The notes beneath the pieces were generated by a model. It ran no database searches. It saw only the letters and a list, made by a program, of their open reading frames with translations, and was not told the origin of the DNA. 64,000 bases of DNA from Verrucomicrobiia bacterium (GTDB lineage: Bacteria; Verrucomicrobiota; Verrucomicrobiia; JAWXBN01), in assembly GCA_033764445.1 (NCBI GenBank), contig JANRIZ010000008.1, positions 13,634 to 77,633 on the forward strand, read 5' to 3'. The first letter of the stretch is position 1; each line of letters begins with the position of its first letter. The position numbers and the translations under genes were made by a program. This document shows, in pieces, positions 25,136 to 36,527 of this stretch.

Positions 25136-26863
25136 TCAAAGGTTGCATTCAAAAACATCAAAACCCCCGTCCTCGGAGCGGTAAACGACCTGCAAACTCC
25201 CCTCCTCGACCATCCCTCTCAAGGATCGGCGCATGGCCGGGGACAAGGTGGGATCCATTTGAATGAAGAGCCGTGCCCCGGGGGGTTGTTGACTGGCAAG
25301 TTTTTGAAGGCGTTGGCGCAGGTCGCGGAGGCACGCCGGGGAATATCCCTCCCGGTGAAGCTTTAACACGCGCCCCAAAAAGCAGCGCGATTCCATCAGC
25401 GCTTCGACCCAGGCCCCTTGAACCCCGAATTCACGGGCCTTGCCCAGAGTAATCAGTCCGCCCAACAGAATGTCCCCCCGGACCCCCTTGAGATTTTTTT
25501 TCAACCAGTCCTGCTGACCCATGAAGGAACGGACGACCCTGGCCTCCTTCGACTGGTCATGGCTTTCGGGCAGGGGGTCGGCGGTCTGCTCCCCTGCCCG
25601 TTCAAGAACCAACAGACCGTTCAACACGAGGGATCCCGACAAAATGCCCGCCAGGAGCATGTGGGCGATCCGTTTTCCACCGAGACATCGAGACACGAGT
25701 CCCATCAAAATCAGGGGAAGCAGGGGAACCCAGAATCGTCCCGCAAATGGCCAGGTCCAAACCAGAAGCAGGAGAAAATTTGAGAGGATCATCACGATCA
25801 ATGCCCGCCCATGGCGCAATTTGAGGAAACCCTGGGTGGAGAGGATCAGTACGGTCACGGCAACGATCACCAGCAATCCGGATTGGGTCCCGCTCAGAAC
25901 GGGTTTTTCGGTGATGAAATTCCCCATGAACTGAACCGGGATGAGCAGGTTTCCAAAACTTTCCAACCCGGTCAAAAAATTATGTGCAATCACCTGGAAA
26001 AGGGTTCCCACACACCTCCCGATCCCCTCCTCTTTCAGGAGGCTGACATAAAATCCCGTGTGATACCCATACCCCTGATAATAATCCATCAGCCCGGTCT
26101 CCGACGGATTTCCCCGGGCGGGGTGCCACCGGCTCCACAGACCGATCAGAAATTGCAGAATCACTGCCAGAACCATCCCGACTCCCAGTCCGGACGCAAT
26201 CAACCGGTTGTTTTTCCACCAGTACCAAAAAGTCAGAACCAGGACCAGGATCAGACCGACCGAGCGGGTCAGGCACAGGGCCGACGCCAGAAGCAAAACC
26301 CATATCCAGTTCCACCGGGCCGGTTCCTTTTTTGAATCCCCCTCCCCTAGAATGCGGTCGATCAGGGCGAGCATCAGGAGGGTCATCAGTCCCTCGCTCA
26401 AAAGGCACAGGGTGGAGCTGAGAACCAGAAAATTCCCCGCATACAGGAGCCAAACGAGGAGCCGACCCAGGGGGCTCAATCCCCAGGCGGGACCGAGTCT
26501 GTTGACGATCAGAAAGACGATGCCGGCAAAAATCAGGCTCTGAAACAGAAACAAAATCCAGACGCCCGTCGCCGTGCCCGCAGTCCCGGTCACCCCGAGG
26601 GGGACGGCCATGAGGCATGGAAACAGGGGGGGATATTTTGTCACCACGGGTTCATGGATCAGACTGGGGACGGACATTCCCCCACCCTGTGCAAGGCTTT
26701 CCGCCAGCTCCAGATAGATGATGTCATCCTCCCAGACTCCCAGATGGGAGGGATCACACAAACTGCATGCCAGCATGAGGGAGAGGATCGGGGCCCCCCA
26801 CCTCAAGGTCGGCTCAAACAGGGCCCGGAGATTTCTATTTTTCAGTGAAAACATGGGTTCCAT
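25136..26863 (-). CDS. glycosyltransferase family 39 (ArnT/PMT-like) polytopic membrane protein
   Basis: N-terminal DDIIYLELAESLAQGG motif (DE-x-x-Y-x-E-x-A) and >10 TM helices; ~190-aa soluble C-terminal domain. Confidence 0.65.
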   Translation of the reverse strand: MEPMFSLKNRNLRALFEPTLRWGAPILSLMLACSLCDPSHLGVWEDDIIYLELAESLAQGGGMSVPSLIHEPVVTKYPPLFPCLMAVPLGVTGTAGTATGVWILFLFQSLIFAGIVFLIVNRLGPAWGLSPLGRLLVWLLYAGNFLVLSSTLCLLSEGLMTLLMLALIDRILGEGDSKKEPARWNWIWVLLLASALCLTRSVGLILVLVLTFWYWWKNNRLIASGLGVGMVLAVILQFLIGLWSRWHPARGNPSETGLMDYYQGYGYHTGFYVSLLKEEGIGRCVGTLFQVIAHNFLTGLESFGNLLIPVQFMGNFITEKPVLSGTQSGLLVIVAVTVLILSTQGFLKLRHGRALIVMILSNFLLLLVWTWPFAGRFWVPLLPLILMGLVSRCLGGKRIAHMLLAGILSGSLVLNGLLVLERAGEQTADPLPESHDQSKEARVVRSFMGQQDWLKKNLKGVRGDILLGGLITLGKAREFGVQGAWVEALMESRCFLGRVLKLHREGYSPACLRDLRQRLQKLASQQPPGARLFIQMDPTLSPAMRRSLRGMVEEGSLQVVYRSEDGGFDVFECNL

Positions 26864-29042
26864 CCCAACCGGAATCCGGCGGGTTCAGAATGAATTGCCG
26901 ACATCTCCCGGCCAGCCGTTGCGAGGGGGGATCCCCGGTCAATGTCTGGCAACGGGTCAGGCACCCTTGAAAATCCCCCGCCAGATAAAGTTCAAAGGCC
27001 TCCTCGTAGGACTGACAGATATCCCGGGTGGAGGGCGTGAGGGTGCCGGTTTCACCCAAAAGCTCAAAGATCCTGACCGGTCGGGTTTTTCCTTTGACCG
27101 TCACACAATCCAAAAGCCTGAATTCAAACCTCTGCCCGACCCTTTCCACGACGGATTCACTGACGATCATCTCGGTTCCATAAACCTTGTTGATGCTTTC
27201 GAGACGGGCGGCCAGATTGACGCCGTCCCCCAGGGCGGTGTAATTCAACCGGTCCGGCGATCCAAAATGTCCCACCAGGACCGTGCCACAGTGAAGCCCA
27301 AACCGGGTCTGAAATGCGGGGGCACCGGTCCGGGCCCACTCCGGGCTCCCGAAAAGCTCCCTGCACACCCTCCGGCATTCCAGCATGGCCTGACAGGCCC
27401 GGGCCGGATGGTCGGCCAGCGGAGAAGGAACGTTCCACAGGGCCATGACGGCATCGCCAATGTATTTGTCGATGACGCCTCCGCACTGTTTTTGGATCAC
27501 CCGTTCCATCACCTCCAGATAAAGGCCCAGGGCTTCGGCGAGTTTTTGCGGTGAGAGGGTTTCCGAGTAACTTGTAAAATCCCGGATATCCGTAAAAAGG
27601 ATGGAAACCTCGTTGGGGTCCCCGCCCGGGACGGGATCCTGCTGTCGCAGATACAGCTCTTTGACCAGGGCCAGCGGCGCGTACTTTCCCAGGGACCTCA
27701 TGGCCGCCTTGGCGCGTTCGAGGCTTTCAAGAACCTCACGGACATCATGAAAAGGGGACTGGATGGGCGAGGGTTCAAAATGGAAACTGTTCATCCTTCC
27801 GGCCTCATGACAAAGACTCGACCCCGTTTTTCCCAGATGGTGCAGGATCATCAGGCCGATGAAAAAAATCGAGACAATCAGCACACCCAGAAGCAGGAGC
27901 AGGTTGTTGCGGATGCGTTGCAATTCGCCAAAGTAATAGCTTTCAGGCACCAGGATGCCCAGGACCCAATCCTGGTTTTTTTCGAGGTACCGGTAGGTGA
28001 CCATGTATTTCCTGCCGTTTTCCGAGTATCCCTCAAAAACAACCGGGTTGGATTCGGAAACCTCCCGGAGGACGCGCAGCTGGAGAGCCCGACGGACCGG
28101 ACCGGTCAGTCGATCGGGGTTGACACGAAGATCATCCCCCATCTCCTCAAGCCGGTCCTGATGTGTCATCCGCGAAATCATCCGTCCCTGCGTATCGCAG
28201 AGGAAAATCTCGTGGGAAGTCCGGTCCTTTTCCTCGTGGTTGATGAGGGCCTCGATGCGGTCGGTCAGCAGTCCGGCCCGAAAGACCCCCACAAACCGGC
28301 CCTCCCTGTCCGCGATGGCCTTTTGGGTGGTGACAATCACCCGCCGCCTTTGCGGGGGCAGATGTTCGTCCATTTCCATCCAATGCCAGTCACTCCACAA
28401 TATTTTTCCCGAAAAATCCCGGTGGGAGGGTGTCAGGAAGGTCATGTGGAGAGTGGGGTCCCGGGGGGCGGGGTAACGGATTGTCTGGGTGGCCCCCGAC
28501 AGGAATCCCCCGTGGCCCGTTTCATCGCGGATGCGTGAGACAAATCCCCCTTTTTCGAGGGTCAGAATCCGGGTGACAAAAAGGCGGTCATTCCCCCCGG
28601 GTTCAAGGCCCGGGGCCTGTGCGGGTGCGGGGAGTCGGTAGACGGCCACCTGAGATTTTCCCTCCTCGGCCAGGCGGATGGCCCCCTCGGGGGTTTCACC
28701 GATTTTTTTTCCTTCCGTGAGGGTCAGTTCCGTCAGGGCATCATCGGCCAGGAGGAGTGCAAAGAGGGAATGCTCGACGGATGGCACGTTTCCCGGACGG
28801 ACCACCCCCTGCTGGATCTGTTCCTCAAAGGCGTGGATGACCCGTTCGGCACTCGAAAGGTAGGCCCGCACGTTTTCGGCGATTTCACCGCTGTCCTCGG
28901 CCTGAAGCCTCCGGGAACTCTCCAGGACGGATTTCCGGGACTCCTCAAAAACCGCGGCAAACAGGATGCCCAGCAGGATCAGCAATCCGATAAACGAGCC
29001 GAGGACGGCCCGGGCCAGCGTCAGATGTTTCGACAGGATCAT
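26835..29042 (-). CDS. class III adenylate/guanylate cyclase with N-terminal extracytoplasmic sensor domain and two TM helices
   Basis: C-terminal ILFTDIRDFT...GLHCGTVLVGHFGSPDRLNYTALGDGVNLAARLES cyclase motifs; TM-flanked periplasmic region. Confidence 0.75.
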   Translation of the reverse strand: MILSKHLTLARAVLGSFIGLLILLGILFAAVFEESRKSVLESSRRLQAEDSGEIAENVRAYLSSAERVIHAFEEQIQQGVVRPGNVPSVEHSLFALLLADDALTELTLTEGKKIGETPEGAIRLAEEGKSQVAVYRLPAPAQAPGLEPGGNDRLFVTRILTLEKGGFVSRIRDETGHGGFLSGATQTIRYPAPRDPTLHMTFLTPSHRDFSGKILWSDWHWMEMDEHLPPQRRRVIVTTQKAIADREGRFVGVFRAGLLTDRIEALINHEEKDRTSHEIFLCDTQGRMISRMTHQDRLEEMGDDLRVNPDRLTGPVRRALQLRVLREVSESNPVVFEGYSENGRKYMVTYRYLEKNQDWVLGILVPESYYFGELQRIRNNLLLLLGVLIVSIFFIGLMILHHLGKTGSSLCHEAGRMNSFHFEPSPIQSPFHDVREVLESLERAKAAMRSLGKYAPLALVKELYLRQQDPVPGGDPNEVSILFTDIRDFTSYSETLSPQKLAEALGLYLEVMERVIQKQCGGVIDKYIGDAVMALWNVPSPLADHPARACQAMLECRRVCRELFGSPEWARTGAPAFQTRFGLHCGTVLVGHFGSPDRLNYTALGDGVNLAARLESINKVYGTEMIVSESVVERVGQRFEFRLLDCVTVKGKTRPVRIFELLGETGTLTPSTRDICQSYEEAFELYLAGDFQGCLTRCQTLTGDPPSQRLAGRCRQFILNPPDSGWDGTHVFTEK

Positions 29043-29045
29043 CGG

Positions 29046-29834
29046 TCAGAGGGTCGGCACGGCCGCCAGCAATTTGCGGGTGTATTCATGTCGGGGGGAC
29101 TGGTAAATCTCCTCGGCGGTCGCCTGTTCGACGATTTTCCCGTGATGCATGACCATCACCTCGTGGCTGATGTGTTCCACGACGGCCAGATCGTGCGAAA
29201 TGAAAAGGTAGGTGAGGTTCAGCTGTTCCTGGAGGTCCTGGAGCAGATTGATGATGGAGGCCTGCACGGAGACGTCCAACGCGCTCACACACTCATCACA
29301 GACAATGAACTTCGGATCGACGGCCAGGGCCCGGGCAATGCCGATGCGCTGACGCTGACCGCCGCTGAATTCGTGGGGGTACCGGGAGACATGGTCGCGT
29401 TTGAGCCCCACCTTTTCCATGAGGTCGGCCACCCGGTCCTCGCGGTCGGCCCGGGTGAGTCGGGGAAAATGGATTTCGTAGGCCTCGCCGATGATCTGGA
29501 GGACGGTCATGCGCGGATTGAGTGACCCATACGGGTCCTGAAAGATCATCTGCATGTGGCGGCGCCGGGCTCGAAGGTCCGATTCGGGGAGGGAAAGGAA
29601 ATCGGTCCCTTCCATGGTGACCTTTCCGGAGGTCACGGGGGTAAGCCTCAGAATGGCCCGGCCCAGAGTGGTCTTGCCACTGCCGCTCTCTCCCACAAGC
29701 CCCATGGTTTTCCCGGTGGGAATGGTGAAAGTGACATCATCCACGGCCCTGACCTCCGCCACCTTTTTGCGGAGGACACCCCCGTAGATGGGAAAATACA
29801 CCCGGAGGTTCTGCACGTGGATCAGGGCTGTCAT
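29046..29834 (-). CDS. oppF: oligopeptide/dipeptide ABC transporter ATPase (OppF-like)
   Basis: Walker [18 protein letters not shown] signature. Confidence 0.8.
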   Translation of the reverse strand: MTALIHVQNLRVYFPIYGGVLRKKVAEVRAVDDVTFTIPTGKTMGLVGESGSGKTTLGRAILRLTPVTSGKVTMEGTDFLSLPESDLRARRRHMQMIFQDPYGSLNPRMTVLQIIGEAYEIHFPRLTRADREDRVADLMEKVGLKRDHVSRYPHEFSGGQRQRIGIARALAVDPKFIVCDECVSALDVSVQASIINLLQDLQEQLNLTYLFISHDLAVVEHISHEVMVMHHGKIVEQATAEEIYQSPRHEYTRKLLAAVPTL

Positions 29835-29835
29835 A

Positions 29836-30675
29836 TCAGGCGATGGCCTCGTGGTCGATGGTCTGCAGACGGCGCTGACGGGCCCCCATTTTTGGAATGC
29901 AGGCGATCAGGGCCTTTGTGTAGGGATGCTGCGGGTGACGGATCACCTCTGCCGCCGGACCGAACTCGACGATTTTGCCGCGGTACATCACCGCCACCTT
30001 CTCGGCGATGCCGCTGATGATGGAAAAATTGTGGGTGATGAGGAGGATTCCCATCCCCATCCGTGATTTCAGGTCCCGGAGCAGTGCGAGTATCTGGGCC
30101 TGGATGGTGACATCCAGCGCGGTGGTGGGTTCATCCGCCACGAGAATGTCCGGCTGGCAGGCGAGGGCCATGGCGATCATCACCCGTTGCTGCATCCCCC
30201 CGGAGAGCTGGTGTGGATAGTCGTCCAGCCGCAGGGCCGGGTCCTTGATCCCCACCAGATCCAGAAGACGGATGATTTCCGTCCTGTGATCCCGGATTTC
30301 CGGACGGTGCAGACGCAGGACTTCGGCGATCTGCGACCTGATTTTGAAAACCGGATTCAGTGACGAGGCGGGTTCCTGGAAAATGTAGGAGATGCGGGCC
30401 CCGCGGATGGCCCGCAATTCCGCCGGTGCCATGCTCAGCGTGTCGCGTCCCCGGAAAAGGATTTGTCCTCCCTGATACCGTGCCGGCGGTTCCGGAAGCA
30501 ACCGGGTCAAGGCCATGGCGGTCACACTCTTTCCGCTGCCACTTTCACCGACGACGGCCAGGGTCTCCCCGCGTTTCATCGTGAAGGAAATGTCGTCCAC
30601 GGCCCGGACCTCCACCCCGCGGTCCCAAAAGGAGACCCGCAGATTGCGCACGTCGAGTATGGTTTCTTCGCTCAT
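29836..30675 (-). CDS. oppD: oligopeptide/dipeptide ABC transporter ATPase (OppD-like)
   Basis: Walker [17 protein letters not shown] signature. Confidence 0.8.
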   Translation of the reverse strand: MSEETILDVRNLRVSFWDRGVEVRAVDDISFTMKRGETLAVVGESGSGKSVTAMALTRLLPEPPARYQGGQILFRGRDTLSMAPAELRAIRGARISYIFQEPASSLNPVFKIRSQIAEVLRLHRPEIRDHRTEIIRLLDLVGIKDPALRLDDYPHQLSGGMQQRVMIAMALACQPDILVADEPTTALDVTIQAQILALLRDLKSRMGMGILLITHNFSIISGIAEKVAVMYRGKIVEFGPAAEVIRHPQHPYTKALIACIPKMGARQRRLQTIDHEAIA

Positions 30676-31796
30676 CGGTTGTCCTTCATTTTCGGATCCA
30701 GGGCGTCACGCAACCCGTCACCCAGGAAGTTGAACGCCAGGACGACGGCAAAGATGGCAAAACCCGGTGATAAAATCCACCAAAAGGACACCAGCACGCG
30801 GTGACTCTGCGCCTGGGCCAGCATCAGTCCCCAACTGGTGTCCGGGTCCTGGATGCCCAGGCCCAGAAAACTGAGGGCGGCCTCCCCAAGGATGTATCCG
30901 GGAATGCTCATGGTGGCGGCCACAATGCAATAGCCGAAGGTGCTGGGCAAAATGTGCCGGAGGATGGTCCTGAAGTGCCCCTGCCCCAGACCCCGGGCGG
31001 CCAGCACGTAGGGCTTTTCCCGCTCGGCAAGGACCATCCCGCGAATGACCCGGCACAGTCCGGCCCATCCGATGAAGCTGAAGATGACCGTGATCATCAG
31101 AAAAACCTGTGTGGACGACAGGCTTGTCGGGAAGGAGGAACGAAGCGACAGGATCAGATAGAGTCCGGGAATGGACATGATGATCTCGGAAACGCGCATG
31201 ATGCCCGTATCCACCCACCCCGAATGGTATCCGGCGATCCCCCCGACAAGCAGGGCCATGGGAAACACGATCAGTATCCCCACAAGACCGATGGTCAATG
31301 AAACCTGCGACCCGATGACCAGTCTTGAAAACACGTCCCGGCCAAACTGGTCCGACCCGAGCAGAAAAATGCGTCCGGGGGCTTCCACCCCAAAGAGGTG
31401 CCGGTTGCACGGGATCAACCCCAGGAGTCTGTACGGATCCCCCCGGGGAAAGAGTTTCAGCGGATACACCGTTCCGGGGACCGTTTCATACTTTGTATTC
31501 GCCCGGTCTGTCAGGGTGGTACCCTTCACCGATGGCCAGAGCGAAAACCCTCCCCGGGCATCCGCAAAATGAAGCGGTGTGGGCGGGTGGAAGGATTGCT
31601 CCAGATTGTTGACCGTGGCCCCATAGGGTGCGATGAAGGGGGCCAGCGGGGCACAGACGTACAAAAAGACCAAAAAGCCCAGGCACACGACAGCCACCCG
31701 GTTGGAGACAAATCGTCCCCAGGCCAGACGTCCCGGAGAGACCTCACGGGTTTGGACGGAGGATTCATTTTTCATAACGGATTCTCGGGTCCACAA
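30672..31796 (-). CDS. oppC: ABC transporter permease (OppC-like)
   Basis: Polytopic membrane protein with the binding-protein-dependent transport (EAA-loop) region; operon context. Confidence 0.7.
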   Translation of the reverse strand: MWTRESVMKNESSVQTREVSPGRLAWGRFVSNRVAVVCLGFLVFLYVCAPLAPFIAPYGATVNNLEQSFHPPTPLHFADARGGFSLWPSVKGTTLTDRANTKYETVPGTVYPLKLFPRGDPYRLLGLIPCNRHLFGVEAPGRIFLLGSDQFGRDVFSRLVIGSQVSLTIGLVGILIVFPMALLVGGIAGYHSGWVDTGIMRVSEIIMSIPGLYLILSLRSSFPTSLSSTQVFLMITVIFSFIGWAGLCRVIRGMVLAEREKPYVLAARGLGQGHFRTILRHILPSTFGYCIVAATMSIPGYILGEAALSFLGLGIQDPDTSWGLMLAQAQSHRVLVSFWWILSPGFAIFAVVLAFNFLGDGLRDALDPKMKDNR

Positions 31797-32733
31797 AGGC
31801 GAGCATCAGATCGGCAAACAGATTGCCCAGGATCAGGAGAACCGAGGCCATGACCACGGAGGCCATGACCAGATAGACGTCCTTGGCGAAAAAAGCCTCC
31901 ACGGTCAACCGGCCCAGTCCGGGCAGGCCCATCACGTTTTCAACCAGAAAGGCCCCGCTGAGCAGACCCGCCAGGGAATAGCCGAAGAGGGTCACCAGCG
32001 GATTGATCGCATTGCGAAGGACGTGTTTGAAGTAGATCCGTCTTTCATCCAGGCCCTTGGCCCGGGCGGTGGTGACGTATTCGGCCCTCATGACCTCGAG
32101 GAAATTGCCGCGCATCAGCCGCATCAACGAGGCGATGCCGCCGATTCCCAGCACCAACGTGGGCAGGACCAGGTGATGCGCCAGATCGGCCACCTTGCCC
32201 AGGGGACTCAGAAAATCATAGTCCACACTGTAGAGCCCCCCCACCGGGAACCAGCCGCTGACCAGGGCAAACCACAGGGCCAGAAGCGCCAGAAAAAACT
32301 CGGGGATGGAAATGGCGGCAAAGGCGAAAAATCCCGACAGCCTGTCGAAGAATGAACCGCGTTTGATGGCGGCGATCACACCCAGCGGGATGGCGATGGT
32401 CCACGCAAACACCATGGCCGCCAGGGCGACAATGAAGGTGTTGAAGAGGCGGGCGGAGATCAGGTCCCATACGGGAATTTTATACTGGAAGGAATATCCG
32501 AAGTTCAGGCAGACCGCATTTTTGAGCCACAAAAAATAGCGCCAGTACCAGGGTTGATCGAGACCGAACTGGCGTTTCATCTCCTCGATCCGTTCGGCGG
32601 AGATCTGCGGATTGAGCCTGAGTGTGTCCAGGTAGTCCCCCGGGGCCAGTGACATCAGCAGGAACGACAGGAACGTGATTCCCAGAAGCAGCGGCACCAT
32701 TTGCAGGAGCCTTCGGAGAATGTACGTTTTCAT
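31765..32733 (-). CDS. oppB: ABC transporter permease (OppB-like)
   Basis: 322 aa, six TM helices, typical OppB/DppB N-terminus MKTYILRRLLQMVPLLLGITFLSF. Confidence 0.75.
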   Translation of the reverse strand: MKTYILRRLLQMVPLLLGITFLSFLLMSLAPGDYLDTLRLNPQISAERIEEMKRQFGLDQPWYWRYFLWLKNAVCLNFGYSFQYKIPVWDLISARLFNTFIVALAAMVFAWTIAIPLGVIAAIKRGSFFDRLSGFFAFAAISIPEFFLALLALWFALVSGWFPVGGLYSVDYDFLSPLGKVADLAHHLVLPTLVLGIGGIASLMRLMRGNFLEVMRAEYVTTARAKGLDERRIYFKHVLRNAINPLVTLFGYSLAGLLSGAFLVENVMGLPGLGRLTVEAFFAKDVYLVMASVVMASVLLILGNLFADLMLAFVDPRIRYEK

Positions 32734-32793
32734 CGCGGTCCATTAACCGTCAATCCGTCCCTTCCGCCAAGCAAGAAAGTCCCCCCCTCCCCG

Positions 32794-34545
32794 CTATTGA
32801 AGGTACAGTTCATCAAAATTCCAGAGCACACTGCCCTGTTTGGGGATGTCGAGATTTTTGATTTTGTGGCTCACCGCCACAAAGGACTGCGGAGTGACCA
32901 GGTAAATGTAGGGGACCTGCTCGCTCATGATCATCTGGACCTCGTCGAAATATTTCCGCCGTTCGGACTCATTGAGGGTCTTGAGCTGTTTCTGCATCAG
33001 TTCATCAATCCGGGCCTCCCACGGGGTCGCGGGTTTGGGCTGACGCGGATACCACTGGTGCATGCGTCCGCTGCTCATGAAGACACTCATGCCCGCCGCC
33101 GGGTCGGGCGCCCCACCCCCCAGGCCGAGCATGATGGCGTCGTAATCGTAGGTGTCGGTGATCTTATTGACCAGGGCGTTAAAATCCACCATCCGCAGGG
33201 TCACCTCCATCCCGAGTTTCTTGAAATCCTCCACCAGGATATTGGCCACCTGCTCGCGCTGATTGTTGCCCTGGTTGGTGTTGAAGGTCCAGGTCACCGG
33301 ATGGCCTTTGGCATCGGTCAGTTTTCCGGCGGAATCCCATTTGAAACCGGCCTCACGCAGCAATTGCCTTGATTTTTCCAGGTCGTAGGGATATTGGCGG
33401 ACCTGGGGATTGAACCACTTGTCGGACTCGGTTTCCGGACCCCACAATGGCGAGGCCAATCCCAGCATGATGGAATTGATGATCCCCTCCTTGTTGATCG
33501 AGTGGGCAATGGCCTGGCGGAATTTCTGATTTTTGAACCATTCCAATTTGACCGGGTCCACATAGGGTTTGCCCGTTTTGGGGCTTTTCCCGGGATTCAT
33601 ATTAAACCACATGAAGTTTGAGGCGGTTGAGGGGCCGCGATCATAAAGCGAAAACTTTCCTTTGGTCTCGTCCTTGCGGAGGGTGGCCACGTCCTCCGGA
33701 CGCACCCCGAGGTCGTAGGATTCGCCGGCCAGAAACCGCAGAAGCAGGGCGTTCTGGTCGGGGACCACGTTCAAAACCACCTCGTCGATGTATGGCAGAC
33801 GTTGTCTTTTGGAATCCGCACGCCAGTAGTAGGGATTGCGGGACAGAACCGTCCGCTGGCCGGGGATGAAACTTTTGATCACATAGGGTCCGTTGCCGAC
33901 AATGTCCCTGGGATCGGTATTGATGCCCCAGGCGGACTCAAAGGTGCCCTCCGCAACGGCTTTCTGCAATTTGTGCCGGGGCAGGATTTCCGTGCCGATA
34001 AAAATCAAAAAAGGCGCGTATATTTCCGGGGTGGTGATGCGGACGGTCAGCGCATCGACCTTCTCCACCTTGAAATACTTCCCGTCGACACTCAGAAAAT
34101 CACGGTTGCGGTTGACGATTTTTGGGTTGTAGATGATGTCGTTGAATGTGAAGACGACGTCGTCGGCTGTCAGCGGGGTCCCGTCACTCCACTGCAAGCC
34201 TCTTCGCAGGTGGAAGGTCCAGGTTTTGTTGTCGGGCGAGACCTCCCAGGACTTGGCAAGCCCCGGCTCCGGGGACTGGGTCTTGCTGTTGTAGCGGGTC
34301 AGTCCGCCAAAGACATATCCCAATACCTCGGTCGAGGAACTTTCCTCGGCCATGACCGGGTTGAAGGTTTTCGGGTCGCCAATGGTGCTGGAAAGATACC
34401 GTCCGCCATATTTCCCCGGGGGGCATTGGGCAATCTCCACATCCTCGGGGAGCGGATGTTTGTCCACAAAGGCCTCCTGTTCGCGCCGTCCGCAGGAGGT
34501 CAGAAAAAGTGTCAAAAGGAGAAGGGGGATGAAAAATCGGATCAT
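32794..34545 (-). CDS. oppA: ABC transporter substrate-binding lipoprotein, family 5 (OppA/DppA-like)
   Basis: ORF trimmed to the Met at 34545 (MIRFFIPLLLLTLFLTSCG lipoprotein signal); SBP_bac_5-like body. Confidence 0.75.
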   Translation of the reverse strand: MIRFFIPLLLLTLFLTSCGRREQEAFVDKHPLPEDVEIAQCPPGKYGGRYLSSTIGDPKTFNPVMAEESSSTEVLGYVFGGLTRYNSKTQSPEPGLAKSWEVSPDNKTWTFHLRRGLQWSDGTPLTADDVVFTFNDIIYNPKIVNRNRDFLSVDGKYFKVEKVDALTVRITTPEIYAPFLIFIGTEILPRHKLQKAVAEGTFESAWGINTDPRDIVGNGPYVIKSFIPGQRTVLSRNPYYWRADSKRQRLPYIDEVVLNVVPDQNALLLRFLAGESYDLGVRPEDVATLRKDETKGKFSLYDRGPSTASNFMWFNMNPGKSPKTGKPYVDPVKLEWFKNQKFRQAIAHSINKEGIINSIMLGLASPLWGPETESDKWFNPQVRQYPYDLEKSRQLLREAGFKWDSAGKLTDAKGHPVTWTFNTNQGNNQREQVANILVEDFKKLGMEVTLRMVDFNALVNKITDTYDYDAIMLGLGGGAPDPAAGMSVFMSSGRMHQWYPRQPKPATPWEARIDELMQKQLKTLNESERRKYFDEVQMIMSEQVPYIYLVTPQSFVAVSHKIKNLDIPKQGSVLWNFDELYLQ

Positions 34546-34619
34546 GCCGCCATTAACAGGCTTCCCCCGCCCCGCGCCAAGCAAGAAAGCGGGGGAAAAT
34601 GGGCCTGCCGGAAACGGGC

Positions 34620-36008
34620 CTACCGTTTGACTCCCTTGTCGAGCATCGGGATTTTGTCCTTCATCATCTGTTCCACAAAATGTGTCGAATAACGGCCGCG
34701 CCGGAAATTGGGGTCCCCCATGATGATCTGCTGGAGGGGAATGATGGTTTTGACGTCCTTGATGATCATCTCCCCCAGGGCCCGTTGCATCATGTCCAGA
34801 GTCGTCTTGCGGTCGGGTCCATGGGCGATGATTTTGCCGATCATCGAATCGTAATAAGGGGGAATCATGTAGCCGCCATAGGCATGTGAATCCACCCGGA
34901 TCCCCTTGCCGCCGGGGGCGTAGTACAGGCCGATGCGTCCGGGACTGGGCATGAAGTTGTTGAAGGGGTCCTCGGCATTGATCCGGCACTCGATGGCGTG
35001 ACCGCGGGGAATGATGTCGGATTGCGAATAGGGCAGGGATTCGCCCATGGCAATGCGGATCTGTTCCTTGATCAGATCGATCCCATACACTTCCTCGGTG
35101 ACCGGATGCTCAACCTGGATGCGGGTGTTCATTTCCATGAAATAAAAATTGTAGTCGTCGTCCACAAGAAATTCCAGGGTGCCCGCACTCTCGTACTTGA
35201 CCGCCTCGGCCAGCTTCACCGCCGCCTTGCCCATTTTGTCCCGGAGCTTGAGTCCCTCGCGGGTCTCCATCATCGGCGAAGGGCTTTCCTCGATGATCTT
35301 CTGGTTCCGCCGTTGCATGGAGCAATCCCGCTCTCCCAGATGCAGAACCTTGCCTTTTTTATCGGCCAGAATCTGAATCTCAATGTGATGCGGGTTTTCA
35401 ATGAGTTTTTCAATGTAGACCGACCCGTTTCCAAAGGCTTTTTCCGCTTCCTGACGGGCCGTGTGGAAGGACTTGACCAGACTCACGTCGTTGTGTGCCG
35501 GACGCATCCCCCGGCCCCCTCCCCCGGCCACGGCTTTGATCATGACGGGGTAACCGATGGTTTTGGCGATTTTCAACGCTTCCTGCTCGGTTTCAACAAT
35601 GCCATCACTCCCGGGGGTGGTCGGAACCCCCGCTTTCTTGGCCGTTTCCCGGGCGACGGCTTTGTCGCCCATCGACCGGATCGACGATGCCTTGGGTCCG
35701 ATAAACTTGATGTTGCAGCTTTCGCAGACCTCCGCAAAATGGGCATTTTCACTCAGAAAACCATACCCGGGATGGATCGCATCCACATCGGAAATTTCTG
35801 CCGCACTGATGATCCGGTCGATTTTGAGGTAACTTTCGTTGCTCGGGGGTTTACCGATACAGATGGCCTCGTCCGCCATTTGCACATGCAGGGAATCAAC
35901 ATCAGCCTCGGAATAAACGGCAACAGACCGTATCCCCATTTCTTTACAGGCCCGAATGATGCGCAGGGCGATTTCCCCACGATTGGCGATCAGAATTTTT
36001 TCAAACAT
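34620..36008 (-). CDS. accC: acetyl-CoA carboxylase biotin carboxylase subunit
   Basis: [26 protein letters not shown]... is a canonical AccC N-terminus; ATP-grasp motifs throughout. Confidence 0.95.
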   Translation of the reverse strand: MFEKILIANRGEIALRIIRACKEMGIRSVAVYSEADVDSLHVQMADEAICIGKPPSNESYLKIDRIISAAEISDVDAIHPGYGFLSENAHFAEVCESCNIKFIGPKASSIRSMGDKAVARETAKKAGVPTTPGSDGIVETEQEALKIAKTIGYPVMIKAVAGGGGRGMRPAHNDVSLVKSFHTARQEAEKAFGNGSVYIEKLIENPHHIEIQILADKKGKVLHLGERDCSMQRRNQKIIEESPSPMMETREGLKLRDKMGKAAVKLAEAVKYESAGTLEFLVDDDYNFYFMEMNTRIQVEHPVTEEVYGIDLIKEQIRIAMGESLPYSQSDIIPRGHAIECRINAEDPFNNFMPSPGRIGLYYAPGGKGIRVDSHAYGGYMIPPYYDSMIGKIIAHGPDRKTTLDMMQRALGEMIIKDVKTIIPLQQIIMGDPNFRRGRYSTHFVEQMMKDKIPMLDKGVKR

Positions 36009-36029
36009 GGATGATGATGGCCGGAAAAA

Positions 36030-36527
36030 TTAAACTTTAACCTTGAAGAGCGGCTTCCCAAACTCAATGGACTTGCCGTTTTCAACCAATACTTCGGTGA
36101 TTGTCCCGCGAATTTCCGCCTTGATTTCATTCATGACTTTCATCGCTTCGATGATACAAACAACCGTATCCTCGGTCACCTGCTGGCCTACCTCCACGTA
36201 GTTGCCGGAATCGGGCGAGGGAGCGCGGTAGAATGTTCCAACCATGGGGGAGACAATGTCTTTTGTATTGGACGCGGACTCGGTTGGAGCCGGGGCCGAT
36301 GCCGGAAGGATCGCAGGGACGAGACTGACCGGGGCCACATGGGGCACCGGGGGCTGGATGGCGGGATGGGCCGCCGCCGCAACCGAGTGTATGATGGCAC
36401 TCCCCTCTTTCTTTAGGTGAATCTTGAATCCATCCTTTTCCAAAGTAAATTCAGCCAGGGAGTTTTTCGACATCAGGTCGATGATCTGCTTGATCTCTTT
36501 AAGGTCCACGGTTTTTGACTCCTCCAA
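36030..36527 (-). CDS. accB: acetyl-CoA carboxylase biotin carboxyl carrier protein
   Basis: C-terminal biotinylation motif EAMKVMNEI; Ala/Pro-rich linker. Confidence 0.9.
   Translation of the reverse strand: MEESKTVDLKEIKQIIDLMSKNSLAEFTLEKDGFKIHLKKEGSAIIHSVAAAAHPAIQPPVPHVAPVSLVPAILPASAPAPTESASNTKDIVSPMVGTFYRAPSPDSGNYVEVGQQVTEDTVVCIIEAMKVMNEIKAEIRGTITEVLVENGKSIEFGKPLFKVKV

Noticed and set aside
33802-36014. Plus-strand ORFs 33802..34692 and 34998..36014
   Set aside because: Antisense to oppA and accC respectively; both sense genes are unambiguous.
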